From an uncultured cyanobacterium (lineage in GTDB: Bacteria; Cyanobacteriota; Cyanobacteriia; CAKZMO01): a DNA stretch of 64,000 nt. The DNA lies in NCBI GenBank assembly GCA_963719515.1, contig CAVRCJ010000015.1, positions 64,001-128,000 of the forward strand, in the 5' to 3' direction. The translations under genes and the position numbers were made by a program. The first letter of the stretch is position 1, and every line of letters starts with the position of its first letter. Positions 41,635 to 51,205 of this stretch are shown piece by piece. Below the pieces are notes generated by a model. It ran no database searches. It was not told where the DNA came from and saw nothing but the letters and a program-made list of their open reading frames with translations.

Positions 41635-43200
41635 CTAACTTTTTTCTGGAGGTAGGCGAAGATTACTTTGCTCAGAGGCAGGCCAAGTAAACCGAAAGAT
41701 GGCGCCGCTCCCGAGCTCGGACTCAACGGAGATTTCCCCGCCCTCCATCTCAACAATTCGCTTCACGATCGACAGCCCAATGCCCGTGCTTTCGGCAGTT
41801 TTACAAGCCTCAAGCGTCTGAAAGATGTCGAAGATGCGCTCGTGATGTTCGGGGTCAATTCCAGGGCCGTTATCGGCGACTGAGAACTCATAGCCTTTTT
41901 CCTGTACGCGAGCTGTGATGGTAATGCAGCCGTCGGGCAAATGATTGTACTTGATCGCATTGCTAATCAGGTTTGCGAAAACCTGATGTAGGGAGAGACG
42001 CCGCGCCAAAAGGACCGGCAGATGAGGCTGAATGTGAACCGTAAAGCTTTCTGGCGGAGCCAACAGATCAATAATTTCAGCCAATAATTCATTCAAATCC
42101 ACGCGCCCCGGCAGTGTATTGGTCTGGCCAACTCGAGCGAATTTCAGTAAATCGTCAATCAACGCCTCCATGCGACCAACCCGCTGGCGCAGCAGGCTGA
42201 TATGGTGCTTCGAGTCTGGCGAAAGCTGATCCGCACAGTCTTCTACAATCCAGGCCGATAGGTTATCGATTCCCCGTAGGGGAGCTTTGAGGTCGTGAGA
42301 GATTGCGTAAGCAAACTGCTTGAGGTCCCGGTTGCGATGCTCTAAATTCAGCTTTGCCTCTAGTAAAAGGTTATTTGCTGACGTCAGGGCGCGGGCCTGC
42401 TGTGCTAGCTCTGCTTCACTCCGCCGCCGCTCTGCTTCGACCCGCTTACGCTCGGTGATGTCTATAACGGTCATTACAACGCCATAAATCTGGCTGTCGT
42501 TGTACAGAGGAGATAGGGACAAGCTGACATTAACCGAGAGGCTCGCCTGCGTTAGGTGAACTTGCTCTTGGTTCAACACCTTTTCATTGTTTAAGGCCTG
42601 TTTAACAAGCCCATCAAAGCTGGCCTGCTGAGGCTCAGGAATCACCGGTAGGGGTTGGGCATAGACTGCCTTTTTTGACCAACCGTAGAGCTGCTCCGCC
42701 GCTGGATTCCAGGTCATGACCTTACCCGCTAGGTTAAAGGTGATGATGCTCGTTGGCGACGCATTGATAATCGTCTGCAATAAATTATCTGTCTTATGCA
42801 GCGCCTTTGTAATTTTCTGCCGTTCCTGCCGCTCTTGGCTTTCCCGCAGTGCCCGGTTTACTGCTGGGACAAGACGCTGCAGTCGCTGCTTCAGCACATA
42901 GTCGCCTGCACCCTGCTGTAAAGCCTCAACGGCCTGCTCCTCCCCCAGCACCCCAGACACCAAAATAAACGGCACGTCGGGGCAAATAGACTGCGCTAGC
43001 GCTAGGGCTTCGAGACCATCAAACTTAGGCAAAACATAGTCTGCCAAGATCAAATCGAGCGGCTGGGTCCTCAGAATTTCCACAAACGTTTGGCGATCGC
43101 TTATCTGAGTGATGATGCTCTCAATGCCACCATTGATGAGCGTTGCCTCAATTAGCTCACGATCTATTGGATCATCTTCCAGCAGCAGAAAATGAAGCAT
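41635..43200 (-). CDS. Hybrid sensor kinase (REC-PAS-HisKA-HATPase)
   Basis: LLEDD, ADYVLP, SHDLKAPL, NLISNAIKY and TGIGLS motifs. Confidence 0.92.
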   Translation of the reverse strand: MLHFLLLEDDPIDRELIEATLINGGIESIITQISDRQTFVEILRTQPLDLILADYVLPKFDGLEALALAQSICPDVPFILVSGVLGEEQAVEALQQGAGDYVLKQRLQRLVPAVNRALRESQERQERQKITKALHKTDNLLQTIINASPTSIITFNLAGKVMTWNPAAEQLYGWSKKAVYAQPLPVIPEPQQASFDGLVKQALNNEKVLNQEQVHLTQASLSVNVSLSLSPLYNDSQIYGVVMTVIDITERKRVEAERRRSEAELAQQARALTSANNLLLEAKLNLEHRNRDLKQFAYAISHDLKAPLRGIDNLSAWIVEDCADQLSPDSKHHISLLRQRVGRMEALIDDLLKFARVGQTNTLPGRVDLNELLAEIIDLLAPPESFTVHIQPHLPVLLARRLSLHQVFANLISNAIKYNHLPDGCITITARVQEKGYEFSVADNGPGIDPEHHERIFDIFQTLEACKTAESTGIGLSIVKRIVEMEGGEISVESELGSGAIFRFTWPASEQSNLRLPPEKS

Positions 43201-43208
43201 CGACGGTC

Positions 43209-44714
43209 CTACAATTCTGTTTGCGTAGAGGGAATCGTGAAGCAGAAGGTCGCTCCCTCATCAATGGTGCCATTTGCCCAGTAGCGCCCATTGTGGCGAG
43301 AGATGATCTTTCGGACATTCGCAAGGCCAATGCCCGTCCCCTCAATTGCCTCGGCGTTGGAGAGGCGCTGAAAGACGCCAAATAGCTTTTCATCGGCTTC
43401 CTTCATGTCAAAGCCAATGCCGTTGTCGCCAACCGAAAAAACAGTCTCATCTTTCTTTGAGCTACCGCTCACGGTAATTTCTGCTTTTTCCCGGCCGCTC
43501 GTATACTTAACGGCGTTCTCAATCAGGTTCTGCCACACCTGGCGCAGCAAGTTGCGATCGCCTGTCACCTGAGGTAGGGGGTCAATCTGCCAGTCAATGC
43601 TTCGTCCCCCCAGACCAAATTCAACCTGTCGTTTTACCTCCTGCACCAGCCGGTTCATGTTGACGGGGCTGAGCTGCATTTTGGCCCGACCTGTGCGAGA
43701 AAATTCCAGCAGATCGTCGATCATGTTTCCAGAGCGGGTGGCTAGCTCACCAACGGACTGAAGATAGTGCAGGGCCGTTGTATCTAGCGAGGTTAGCTCT
43801 ATTTGCTCTTTGAGCAACATAGTAAACCCGTCGATTTGACGAATAGGCGCTCTCAGTTCGTGGGAGACTGAAAAGGCAAACGCCTCTAGCTCCTGATTGA
43901 GGCTCTCTAACCGCGTCGTTCGTTCGCGAACGCGCTCTTCTAAGGTGCGATTGAGCGACTGCAGCGCAACTTCAGCTTCTTTTTTCGCCGTCACATCGCT
44001 GACCAACCCATCAACAACGAGCTTGCCATCAAGCTCTACAACCGTTTCGCTAACCTGTAGCCAAAGCGGACTGTCTTGGTTCGCTGCAGCTAGCTTAATT
44101 TCCCTTTGCCACCGCTTTTGCTCATGCCGACTGTGACTATTCCAGGCCAGCTCTTCTTGAAAGAAAGGCTGAGCTTCAGAAAGGGAAGAGAATCCCAGCA
44201 CCTGTAGTAAGCCGTCGCTAGCCTCTAAAAGCTGCCCCTCCAGGGTTGAGCGAAACACCCCAACCTCGAGCTCATTGAGCAAAAACTGCAGCCGAACCTC
44301 CAGCTCTTTAGCTTTGCGGCGAACTTGAGCGTTGTTCCAGACGGAGCGGACAGCCTCGCTAAGCCGAATGAGATGCTTGGGTGACTTGAGGACGTAGTCG
44401 TCCAAACCCGCTTTCATTGCCTCTACCGCAACCTCCTGGCTGCCAGAGTCAGTAAACATAATCACGGGGCGCTCGGGATCGTGCTCTTTGAGCGCATGCA
44501 GGACGTCGAGCCCCGTCGCCCAATTGAGCTCATAGTCCGTAATCATCAGGTCAAAGTTGTCAACGGCAAACGCTTGGTAAATTTCAGTCCAGTCTAGAGC
44601 CTCCTGAATGTGAACATCAGGAAAGGCTCGCTTGATCTCTCGAATCGCCAACAGCCGGTCATCAGGATTGTCGTCAATCAGCAAGATTCGCTGTAGCGAT
44701 CGCTTCATCTCCAT
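43209..44714 (-). CDS. Hybrid sensor kinase (REC, PAS-like, HisKA, HATPase)
   Basis: LIDDNPDD, SHELRAPI, NLIENAVKY and GTGIGLA motifs. Confidence 0.92.
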   Translation of the reverse strand: MEMKRSLQRILLIDDNPDDRLLAIREIKRAFPDVHIQEALDWTEIYQAFAVDNFDLMITDYELNWATGLDVLHALKEHDPERPVIMFTDSGSQEVAVEAMKAGLDDYVLKSPKHLIRLSEAVRSVWNNAQVRRKAKELEVRLQFLLNELEVGVFRSTLEGQLLEASDGLLQVLGFSSLSEAQPFFQEELAWNSHSRHEQKRWQREIKLAAANQDSPLWLQVSETVVELDGKLVVDGLVSDVTAKKEAEVALQSLNRTLEERVRERTTRLESLNQELEAFAFSVSHELRAPIRQIDGFTMLLKEQIELTSLDTTALHYLQSVGELATRSGNMIDDLLEFSRTGRAKMQLSPVNMNRLVQEVKRQVEFGLGGRSIDWQIDPLPQVTGDRNLLRQVWQNLIENAVKYTSGREKAEITVSGSSKKDETVFSVGDNGIGFDMKEADEKLFGVFQRLSNAEAIEGTGIGLANVRKIISRHNGRYWANGTIDEGATFCFTIPSTQTEL

Positions 44715-44765
44715 AGGTCTAAAGGCTAGTACAAGGCTGTCAAGCTGCGCTTTCCGGTTTAACAA

Positions 44766-45221
44766 TTACGTTGCGGCCAAAATTGGATATTCATTGAGCT
44801 GCAGCCAGTAGGCATCCAATGCCACAATCATGTTGGACAATGCCTCAAAGCTAACCGGCTTGACGAGGTAAGAACTGATGCCCAAGTCATAGGTGCGGTT
44901 GATGTCCACATTTTCTTTTGAAGAAGTTAATATCACCACCGGAATTCGCCTGATCACGGGCTGTTCCTTCATCCATGACAAAACCTCGATCCCAGATCGG
45001 CGCGGCAGCTTTAAGTCTAGCAAAATCAGCGCGGGGAGCGGATGGCTGTCGCGATCGGCGTATTCTCCTTGACCTGACAAATAGTCTACGGCCTCGTCTC
45101 CGTCTTTAACGATCTGAATTGGGCTAAATGCATTGACCTGTCGAAACGCTCTCTGAATAAAGAGAACATCGTTCGAATCATCTTCGACGAGGAGAACACT
45201 GTATCCGTTAAAGGCCATCAT
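44766..45221 (-). CDS. Single-domain response regulator (Rcp1-like)
   Basis: LLVEDD, LLDLKLPR, IPVVILTSS and YLVKP motifs. Confidence 0.93.
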   Translation of the reverse strand: MMAFNGYSVLLVEDDSNDVLFIQRAFRQVNAFSPIQIVKDGDEAVDYLSGQGEYADRDSHPLPALILLDLKLPRRSGIEVLSWMKEQPVIRRIPVVILTSSKENVDINRTYDLGISSYLVKPVSFEALSNMIVALDAYWLQLNEYPILAAT

Positions 45222-45463
45222 CTAGTACCTGAAATTTTCCCGAACCCATAGCATTGGTCAGCTGATAAGTCGCGTGGTGTAATTTAGCGCAGCGAACCCT
45301 CCTCCCCACTATTTATCTAAGATCACTTAAGATTTCGGCAGGCTGCATCTGGCTGCTTTAGCCAGCATCGATATCGCTAAACTTAACATTGATACCGTAA
45401 CAACTTGGCAGTTTTAATATCTTTTTCACATTCGAATGGTTGCACAGGCTGTAGCGATATTGC

Positions 45464-45477
45464 GTACGCTATCGTAC
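45464..45477. promoter_or_regulatory. Palindrome, candidate Crp-family operator
   Basis: GTACG-CTAT-CGTAC between the crp-family gene and the response regulator. Confidence 0.4.
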
Positions 45478-45524
45478 ATAAAGTTTCCCGAACGCGATTT
45501 TAGCGTGCTGGAGCTGTAGTTTTG

Positions 45525-46229
45525 TCAAGGAGCAAGTAAGCGATCGTACTCTGCTTTAACAACGCCATAGCATTTGCAGCAGGCCTGCTTAAGTGCTTCC
45601 CGCTCCAAAATTTCAACCTGCCCTCGACTATAGCGAATTAGGCCAGCTTCCTGCAGGGCGCTAGCGGCGACGGTGACGCTGGCACGCCGGGTGCCCAACA
45701 TGCTGGCCAAAAAGGCCTGGGTAATCTTTAGCGAGGAAGACTGAGCGCAATCTTGAGACTGCAAAAGCCAGCGTGCCAGCCGCTCCTCTGTGGGATGGAA
45801 CCGATTGCAGACGGCGGTTTGACTCACTTGAGCAATAAAGGCTTGGGTGTAAAGCAGCAGCAGCTTTTGGAGCGCTTTACCTTCGTTAAAGGCCTTGCTC
45901 AACACAACGGCATCGAGGGCGATCGCCTCTCCGGGGATCTGCACAACGGCCCGGCTCGCGTCATACCGGCCGCCCAGATAGACGGAATACCCCAGCATGC
46001 CATCGCTTCCTACAATACCGGCTTCGATGGTCGTGCCGTCTTCCATGATCTGAACCAATGAGATCATGGCGCAAGTAGGGAAGTAAACCGTCGATATCGT
46101 CTCTGCTGCCTCATAGATGATTTGCCCTGATCGAAGCGTTACGTCTCTAAGATATGGGGCTATTTGCAGGTACTCTGCTTCCGGCAGCAGCGCCAGTAGA
46201 CGGTTCTGGCTCGCCCGTTTTAAGTTCAA
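45525..46229 (-). CDS. Crp/Fnr family transcriptional regulator
   Basis: NRLLALLP, ERLARWLL and an HTH reading TQAFLASMLGTRRASVT. Confidence 0.92.
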   Translation of the reverse strand: MNLKRASQNRLLALLPEAEYLQIAPYLRDVTLRSGQIIYEAAETISTVYFPTCAMISLVQIMEDGTTIEAGIVGSDGMLGYSVYLGGRYDASRAVVQIPGEAIALDAVVLSKAFNEGKALQKLLLLYTQAFIAQVSQTAVCNRFHPTEERLARWLLQSQDCAQSSSLKITQAFLASMLGTRRASVTVAASALQEAGLIRYSRGQVEILEREALKQACCKCYGVVKAEYDRLLAP

Positions 46230-46461
46230 GGTATTTCTCTTATGTTGCGTTCCGTAATCGGTAATGTGGAGAACCGTTTTACGGGTAGGCTGACGACATC
46301 ACGATGACCAGCCAAGGGTTGCGCTAACTGCCGTCAAACGCAGCTTTTTCCTATGGCGTGAGCATAGCACCTGCGAGCAATGCGGTTTGATACGATTTGA
46401 GCAATGTTGTCTAAACCTTGTCTAAGCTGCAGCTTAGCTACTAGACAGGAAGCCCCGCGCT

Positions 46462-46644
46462 CTACCCGTCAGGGTGAGCGTCGGGATGAGAGTCGCGGTC
46501 GTCGATGGGGCTCAATGCCCCGGAGACGGCCAAACTTCGGATGTACTCCCTAAGGACATCGTTGATAGTTCTTTCGGTCATCTCACAATACTTGTCAAGA
46601 TGCTGCTTTTCTCTGTCAGCGGCTCTAATAGTTATTTGCTGCAT
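46462..46644 (-). CDS. Ribbon-helix-helix (CopG-like) small protein inside the IS
   Basis: MQQITIRAADREKQHLDKYCEMTERTINDVLREYIRSL fits the beta-helix-helix pattern. Confidence 0.7.
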   Translation of the reverse strand: MQQITIRAADREKQHLDKYCEMTERTINDVLREYIRSLAVSGALSPIDDRDSHPDAHPDG

Positions 46645-46677
46645 GTCGTTCTGATGTCAATATGCTATCATTATTGC

Positions 46678-47874
46678 ATGAAAGTCACTTATCAGTACAA
46701 GTTGCGTCCAGCGGCTGAGCAAACGGTTACCATGACCCGATGGCTAGATAGGCTTCGGGCACAGTACAACTGGTTGCTGGCTGAGCGATTCGACTGGTGG
46801 GAGATGAACCGCTGTTCGGTCAACGCCTGCCCACTCACCTGTAGCCTTGCGCCACTCAAAGATAATCCTAATTACTGCAGCCAGAAGGCTAGCCTAGTAC
46901 CTCTCAAGCGAGAGCGACCCTGGTACAAAGATTTGCATTCGCAGGTACTCCAGGAGGTGACGAAGCAGGTAAAGCAGACGTTCGAGCGTTTCATCAAAGG
47001 TGATAGGAATGGTAAGCGTAGCGGCAAGCCTCGGTTCAAAGGCGCGGGGCGCTACAGGACGTTCACGTTCCCGCAGATGAAACCTGACTGCATCGATGGA
47101 AGTCGTATTACCCTGCCTAAGATTGGCCAGGTGAAGCTAATCCTTCATCGCCCGATACCTGATGGGTTTACTGTCAAAACGGCCAAGGTGACTCGCAAAG
47201 CAGATGGTTGGTATGTGAGCCTGTTACTGGAAAACAATGCCGTTCCGATGCTTACTCCGGATGTCGATAGGGCTAAGTCTGTCGGTGTTGACGTTGGGCT
47301 GAAGGATTTCTTGGTTACCAGTGACGGTGAGAGCGTTCCTATCCCTCAGTTCTTTCGACGCTCAGAGCGGCAGCTATCCAAGCTGCAGCGGCAGCTATCG
47401 AGACAGAAGAAGAGCTCTAACCGCTGGCGTAAGCAGGTGAATCGCATCGCCAAACTGCATCTGAAAATATCGCGTCAGCGTCGTGATTTCTTTTCTAAGG
47501 TGTGGGATTGGCTGTTTTCAAAGTACGATGTTGTCGCTCATGAAAAGCTCAACATCAAAGGACTTGCTCGAACCAGACTGGCAAAGTCAATCGCTGATGC
47601 CGCATGGGGTACATTCTTGGAGATAGGCTCTTTCAAAGCCGCGAAAGCTGGAAAGATGACCATCGCTGAGAACCCACGCGGAACCAGCATTGATTGCTCG
47701 GGTTGTGGTGAGCGGGTACCAAAGACGCTGGCCGATCGGGTCCATAGTTGCCCGTCATGCGGCTTAACGATCTGTCGCGACCACAACGCGGCTATCAACC
47801 TATTGAATAGGGCTGTGGGACATCAAGCCCTTAATCTCTCAGGAAATGTCTCAGCAGTAGCTGGGAGTCACTGA
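46678..47874 (+). CDS. tnpB: TnpB RNA-guided endonuclease with intact RuvC D-E-D
   Basis: TYQYKLRP, GKPRFK, GVDVG, HEKLN, CSGCG..CPSCG and RDHNAAIN motifs; start set at ATG 46678. Confidence 0.95.
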   Translation: MKVTYQYKLRPAAEQTVTMTRWLDRLRAQYNWLLAERFDWWEMNRCSVNACPLTCSLAPLKDNPNYCSQKASLVPLKRERPWYKDLHSQVLQEVTKQVKQTFERFIKGDRNGKRSGKPRFKGAGRYRTFTFPQMKPDCIDGSRITLPKIGQVKLILHRPIPDGFTVKTAKVTRKADGWYVSLLLENNAVPMLTPDVDRAKSVGVDVGLKDFLVTSDGESVPIPQFFRRSERQLSKLQRQLSRQKKSSNRWRKQVNRIAKLHLKISRQRRDFFSKVWDWLFSKYDVVAHEKLNIKGLARTRLAKSIADAAWGTFLEIGSFKAAKAGKMTIAENPRGTSIDCSGCGERVPKTLADRVHSCPSCGLTICRDHNAAINLLNRAVGHQALNLSGNVSAVAGSH

Positions 47875-47916
47875 GGAAGCCCGCGCTGTATGCGTAGCAT
47901 CAGCGTCGGGAGGATG

Positions 47917-50900
47917 TCACGCCGACCCATCGACGACGCGCTTCAGCGCTATCCAAAATCGGCTCCCTTGCCCCAGCACTGACTCGACGCCTACCCGGCC
48001 GCCCATGCGCTGGACGCCCCGCTTAACGATAGATAGCCCAATCCCGGTGCCGGCATAGACCTCAGCGCTGTGCAGTCGCTCGAAGGGTTTGAAGATGCGC
48101 GCTTGATGTCGGGGGGAAATGCCAATGCCGTTGTCCTCAACCCAGATCCGCACGTACTGTACATCTGTCTCGCAATCCCTCGACGCTGTGGGAACATCAG
48201 CCCAGATTTTAATCTGCGGCAGCGTGCCCGGTTCAACAAACTTCAAAGCGTTGCGAATCAGGTTGTTTAGCACTTGCTCTACGACGCTGCGCTGAACGTA
48301 AACCATGGGAAAGTCTTGGCCAACTTCAACCGTAGCTTGAGCGACCCGTAAAGTGGGCTCTAGAGCAATTAAGACTCTCTTCACGACAATACCTGCATCA
48401 ACACGCTGCAGATGAATCTCAGACCGCCCTAGGCGACTGTAGTTCAGCAGGTCTTGAATCAGCGTATCTAAAGTCTCAGCAGAGGTGGCCATGCGGCGGA
48501 TATACTCGTGGCCTAAATCATCAAGCGCAGAGCCGTAGTCTTCTTCCAACACTCGCGCAAAGCCTTGAATCGCCCGTAATGGCGCCCGCAAGTCATGGGC
48601 AACGGAGTATGAAAAAGATTCTAGCTCCAGATTGGCTTCCTCTAGCTTCTCAGTCCGCTCCTGCACACGCTGCTCTAGAGTGATGTTGAGCTCGTGAAGC
48701 TTCTGCTCACCCCGATTGCGGACAATCGCCGCTGCCAGGCAGTTGGTGACCGCCTGCAAAAAATTAACGTCATCTTGAGTAAAGTCTTGAAGTCGGCGGG
48801 AATGCACGCCTAAGATGCCGAAGGGCCCCTCATTCCCTCCAATAATGGTGCTCATGCCGCTAATGACCTGGTGCTCAATGAGCAGGTCCGGTCCGGTAAA
48901 TCGAGGCTCCCTGCGCAGATCCTTGACCACGACGGGATGTTGAGATGAGAGCGTGTAGCCTGCTTGGGAGTCCCCCTCGCTGCTAACTGTCGCCTTGCCG
49001 ACGAGACCAGGCTGCCAGCCTACGCCAGATCTCAGCAGCAGCGCCTGGCCATCGGGCAATAGCTCGAGCACTTTGCAGTAGTCTACGTCTAGGCTAGCCG
49101 CAAGCATCTGAGTTGCTTGATCAAACAGCGCGTCTAAACTCAGTCCCGATAGCGCGGTCTGACTCAGCTGTGCGACAACCGCCTGCTGCTCTAGGCGACT
49201 GGCAAGCGATGCCTCGGCCTGCTTCTGCGCTGTCACATCGGCAGCCATGGAAATCACGAGCCTGGCGCCACTATCAATTTGGCCTAGAGGCGCTGAGCTA
49301 AACAGCCAGGTCCGCCGCTCGCCGCCCTTAGTTCTCACCTCAAATTCGCCTTCATCAACCCGTCGGTTAAGGTCATAGAGGCGATTGATCCAGTCCAAAA
49401 CGTCGCTTTGCTGTTCACCGTAGGCCCGCTCTGTCCAGTCGCTCAAGGTCTGTAGCTCGCTGGCCTCATATCCCGTAATGTCGGTTACCGTTCGGCTCAA
49501 CCGAAAGATTTCCCCGTCTTCCCCGTGAATGATGATGGGGAAAGGGGCTTCGGTGACCGCCCGCCGAAATCTCGCTTCGCTCTCCCTCAGCTTTGCCTCT
49601 GCCTGCTCGCGCTCCCCAATCTCCTGCTGCGCCTGCTGATAGAGCATGGCCTGCTGAACAACTAGGCTAATCTGCGTTGAAAGCTGCTTTAAAGATTTGA
49701 TTTCAAGCGGCTGCCACTCGCGAGGCGCTCTGCAGTGATGGGCAATGAGCAGTCCCCAGACCTCAGTGCCCTGCAAGATGGGGACAACCAAGTTCGCTTT
49801 GACCTGCAGTGACGCTAGAAAATCGACGTAGCACGGGGTAAGCTCACCGCTGTGAATATCGGGAATGACTTGCAGCTGTCCGGACTTGTATTGCTTAATA
49901 TAGCTGGCCGACAGGCAGGGATCGCAGAACGGCAGGCTTTGGAGAGAATTCCACTGGGCATCCACCGATTCAGACAGGACAACGCCATCGTCGGGCGTCT
50001 GAAGCTGAAAGATGACGACCCGATCGGTCTGCAGGAACGCTCGCACTTTACTCACGGCGCTCTGCAGCAGTTGGCTCAGGTCTAACAGCGGCAGATCGCT
50101 GCCCCCAACGGACCATCTCCGAATCAATTGAGTGATCTCCATCGCTAGCCGCTCAGACTCCAGCATCCGGTAGCGCTCGATATCAGCTTGCTTAGACGGC
50201 GTGATATCAGCGACCGTACCCAGCATCCGCCCCATCGGGCGATCGCCATCGGGGTAAAATCGACCCTTACTGCTGAGCCAGTGGATAGAGCCGTCTGCCC
50301 AAACGGTGCGAAACTCTATATCGCACTGGGTTTGGTTTTGCAGAGACCGCCGGACAGCCTGCTGCAGGGCGGCACGGTCTTCTGCATGCACCCGCTTTAA
50401 AAGTGCGCGGTAGGTAGACAGCACCTCTCCATCAGTTAGCCCCAAGAATGTGCTGGCCTGCCCCGAGTAGAGCAGTCCGCCGCTTGAGCGCCACTCCCAG
50501 GCGCCCATTTGGGACGCGTCCAAGGCAAGCCACAGACGCTCGTTACTTTGCCAAAGCTGCCGTTGCAGGTTTACCTTCTCGACGGCCTGCTCGATGCTGC
50601 GCTGTAGCGATAGCGGCGTAATTTGACCCTTAACTAAATAATCTTCTGCCCCCGCTTTGAGCGTCTGCGCGGCTAGGAATTCGTTTCCCTGACCGGTGAT
50701 CATGATTAGCGCGGGCATTTGGTCTTTCAGCTGTACTTTGAGTTCAGTCAAGAACTCCAGTCCGTCACAGTCGGGTAGACTGTAGTCCAGCAGCACCACA
50801 TCAGGTTGAGCCTGCTGGCACAGCGCCAGCCCTAGCTCGCCCAGATCTGCCTCAATGATCGTACAGTCTAGCTTCGTATTCCGCTTCAGGTAGCGACGAT

Positions 50901-50958
50901 AGGCGTCGCGATCCGCCTCGCTGTCTTCTACAATTAGAATTGTGAGCGGTTTGGTCAT
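47917..50958 (-). CDS. Hybrid kinase REC-PAS-GAF(cyanobacteriochrome)-PAS-GAF-HisKA-HATPase
   Basis: First GAF has DRVVIF, DPCL, PCYVDFL and WGLLIAHHC; kinase motifs AHDLRAPL and GTGIGLS. Confidence 0.92.
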   Translation of the reverse strand: MTKPLTILIVEDSEADRDAYRRYLKRNTKLDCTIIEADLGELGLALCQQAQPDVVLLDYSLPDCDGLEFLTELKVQLKDQMPALIMITGQGNEFLAAQTLKAGAEDYLVKGQITPLSLQRSIEQAVEKVNLQRQLWQSNERLWLALDASQMGAWEWRSSGGLLYSGQASTFLGLTDGEVLSTYRALLKRVHAEDRAALQQAVRRSLQNQTQCDIEFRTVWADGSIHWLSSKGRFYPDGDRPMGRMLGTVADITPSKQADIERYRMLESERLAMEITQLIRRWSVGGSDLPLLDLSQLLQSAVSKVRAFLQTDRVVIFQLQTPDDGVVLSESVDAQWNSLQSLPFCDPCLSASYIKQYKSGQLQVIPDIHSGELTPCYVDFLASLQVKANLVVPILQGTEVWGLLIAHHCRAPREWQPLEIKSLKQLSTQISLVVQQAMLYQQAQQEIGEREQAEAKLRESEARFRRAVTEAPFPIIIHGEDGEIFRLSRTVTDITGYEASELQTLSDWTERAYGEQQSDVLDWINRLYDLNRRVDEGEFEVRTKGGERRTWLFSSAPLGQIDSGARLVISMAADVTAQKQAEASLASRLEQQAVVAQLSQTALSGLSLDALFDQATQMLAASLDVDYCKVLELLPDGQALLLRSGVGWQPGLVGKATVSSEGDSQAGYTLSSQHPVVVKDLRREPRFTGPDLLIEHQVISGMSTIIGGNEGPFGILGVHSRRLQDFTQDDVNFLQAVTNCLAAAIVRNRGEQKLHELNITLEQRVQERTEKLEEANLELESFSYSVAHDLRAPLRAIQGFARVLEEDYGSALDDLGHEYIRRMATSAETLDTLIQDLLNYSRLGRSEIHLQRVDAGIVVKRVLIALEPTLRVAQATVEVGQDFPMVYVQRSVVEQVLNNLIRNALKFVEPGTLPQIKIWADVPTASRDCETDVQYVRIWVEDNGIGISPRHQARIFKPFERLHSAEVYAGTGIGLSIVKRGVQRMGGRVGVESVLGQGSRFWIALKRVVDGSA

Positions 50959-51205
50959 AAGTTCACAGACCTATAGGAAGACCTGCTGTATGGGCAAAGT
51001 CACATTGCGCCTAATACCGTAATCTTAAACGAATCTCTAGATAGGGTTAGGCCTGACCTACGAAACTGGGTACGACACAGCAGAATTATGGCTGAGGCGT
51101 CTTTAGGGCTGTAACGCGGCAGCGCAGCACGCTCTCGCTGGCGGACGGGCTCGGCCCGCAGCGGCTTAAGTCTCGGAATTCTTTTCCTTCAGCGCGGGGA
51201 ATGTG

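Larger units (their letters stand above)
46438..47920 (+). mobile_element. IS200/IS605 element with intact tnpB and a divergent RHH ORF, no tnpA
   Basis: TTAG at 46434-46437; left-end hairpin CCCGCGCTCTACCC-GTCA-GGGTGAGCGTCGGG; right end ..CAGCGTCGGGAGGATGTCAC at 47920. Confidence 0.93.

Noticed and set aside
46434..46438. Pentanucleotide target TTAGC
   Set aside because: All copies have C after TTAG, but only a cut after TTAG rebuilds in-frame TAA stops at two empty sites and fits the AAGC guide rule.
46474..46677. 68-aa N-terminal extension of TnpB shown in the ORF track
   Set aside because: It overlaps the left-end hairpin and the antisense RHH ORF; TnpB homology begins at MKVTYQYKL (46678).
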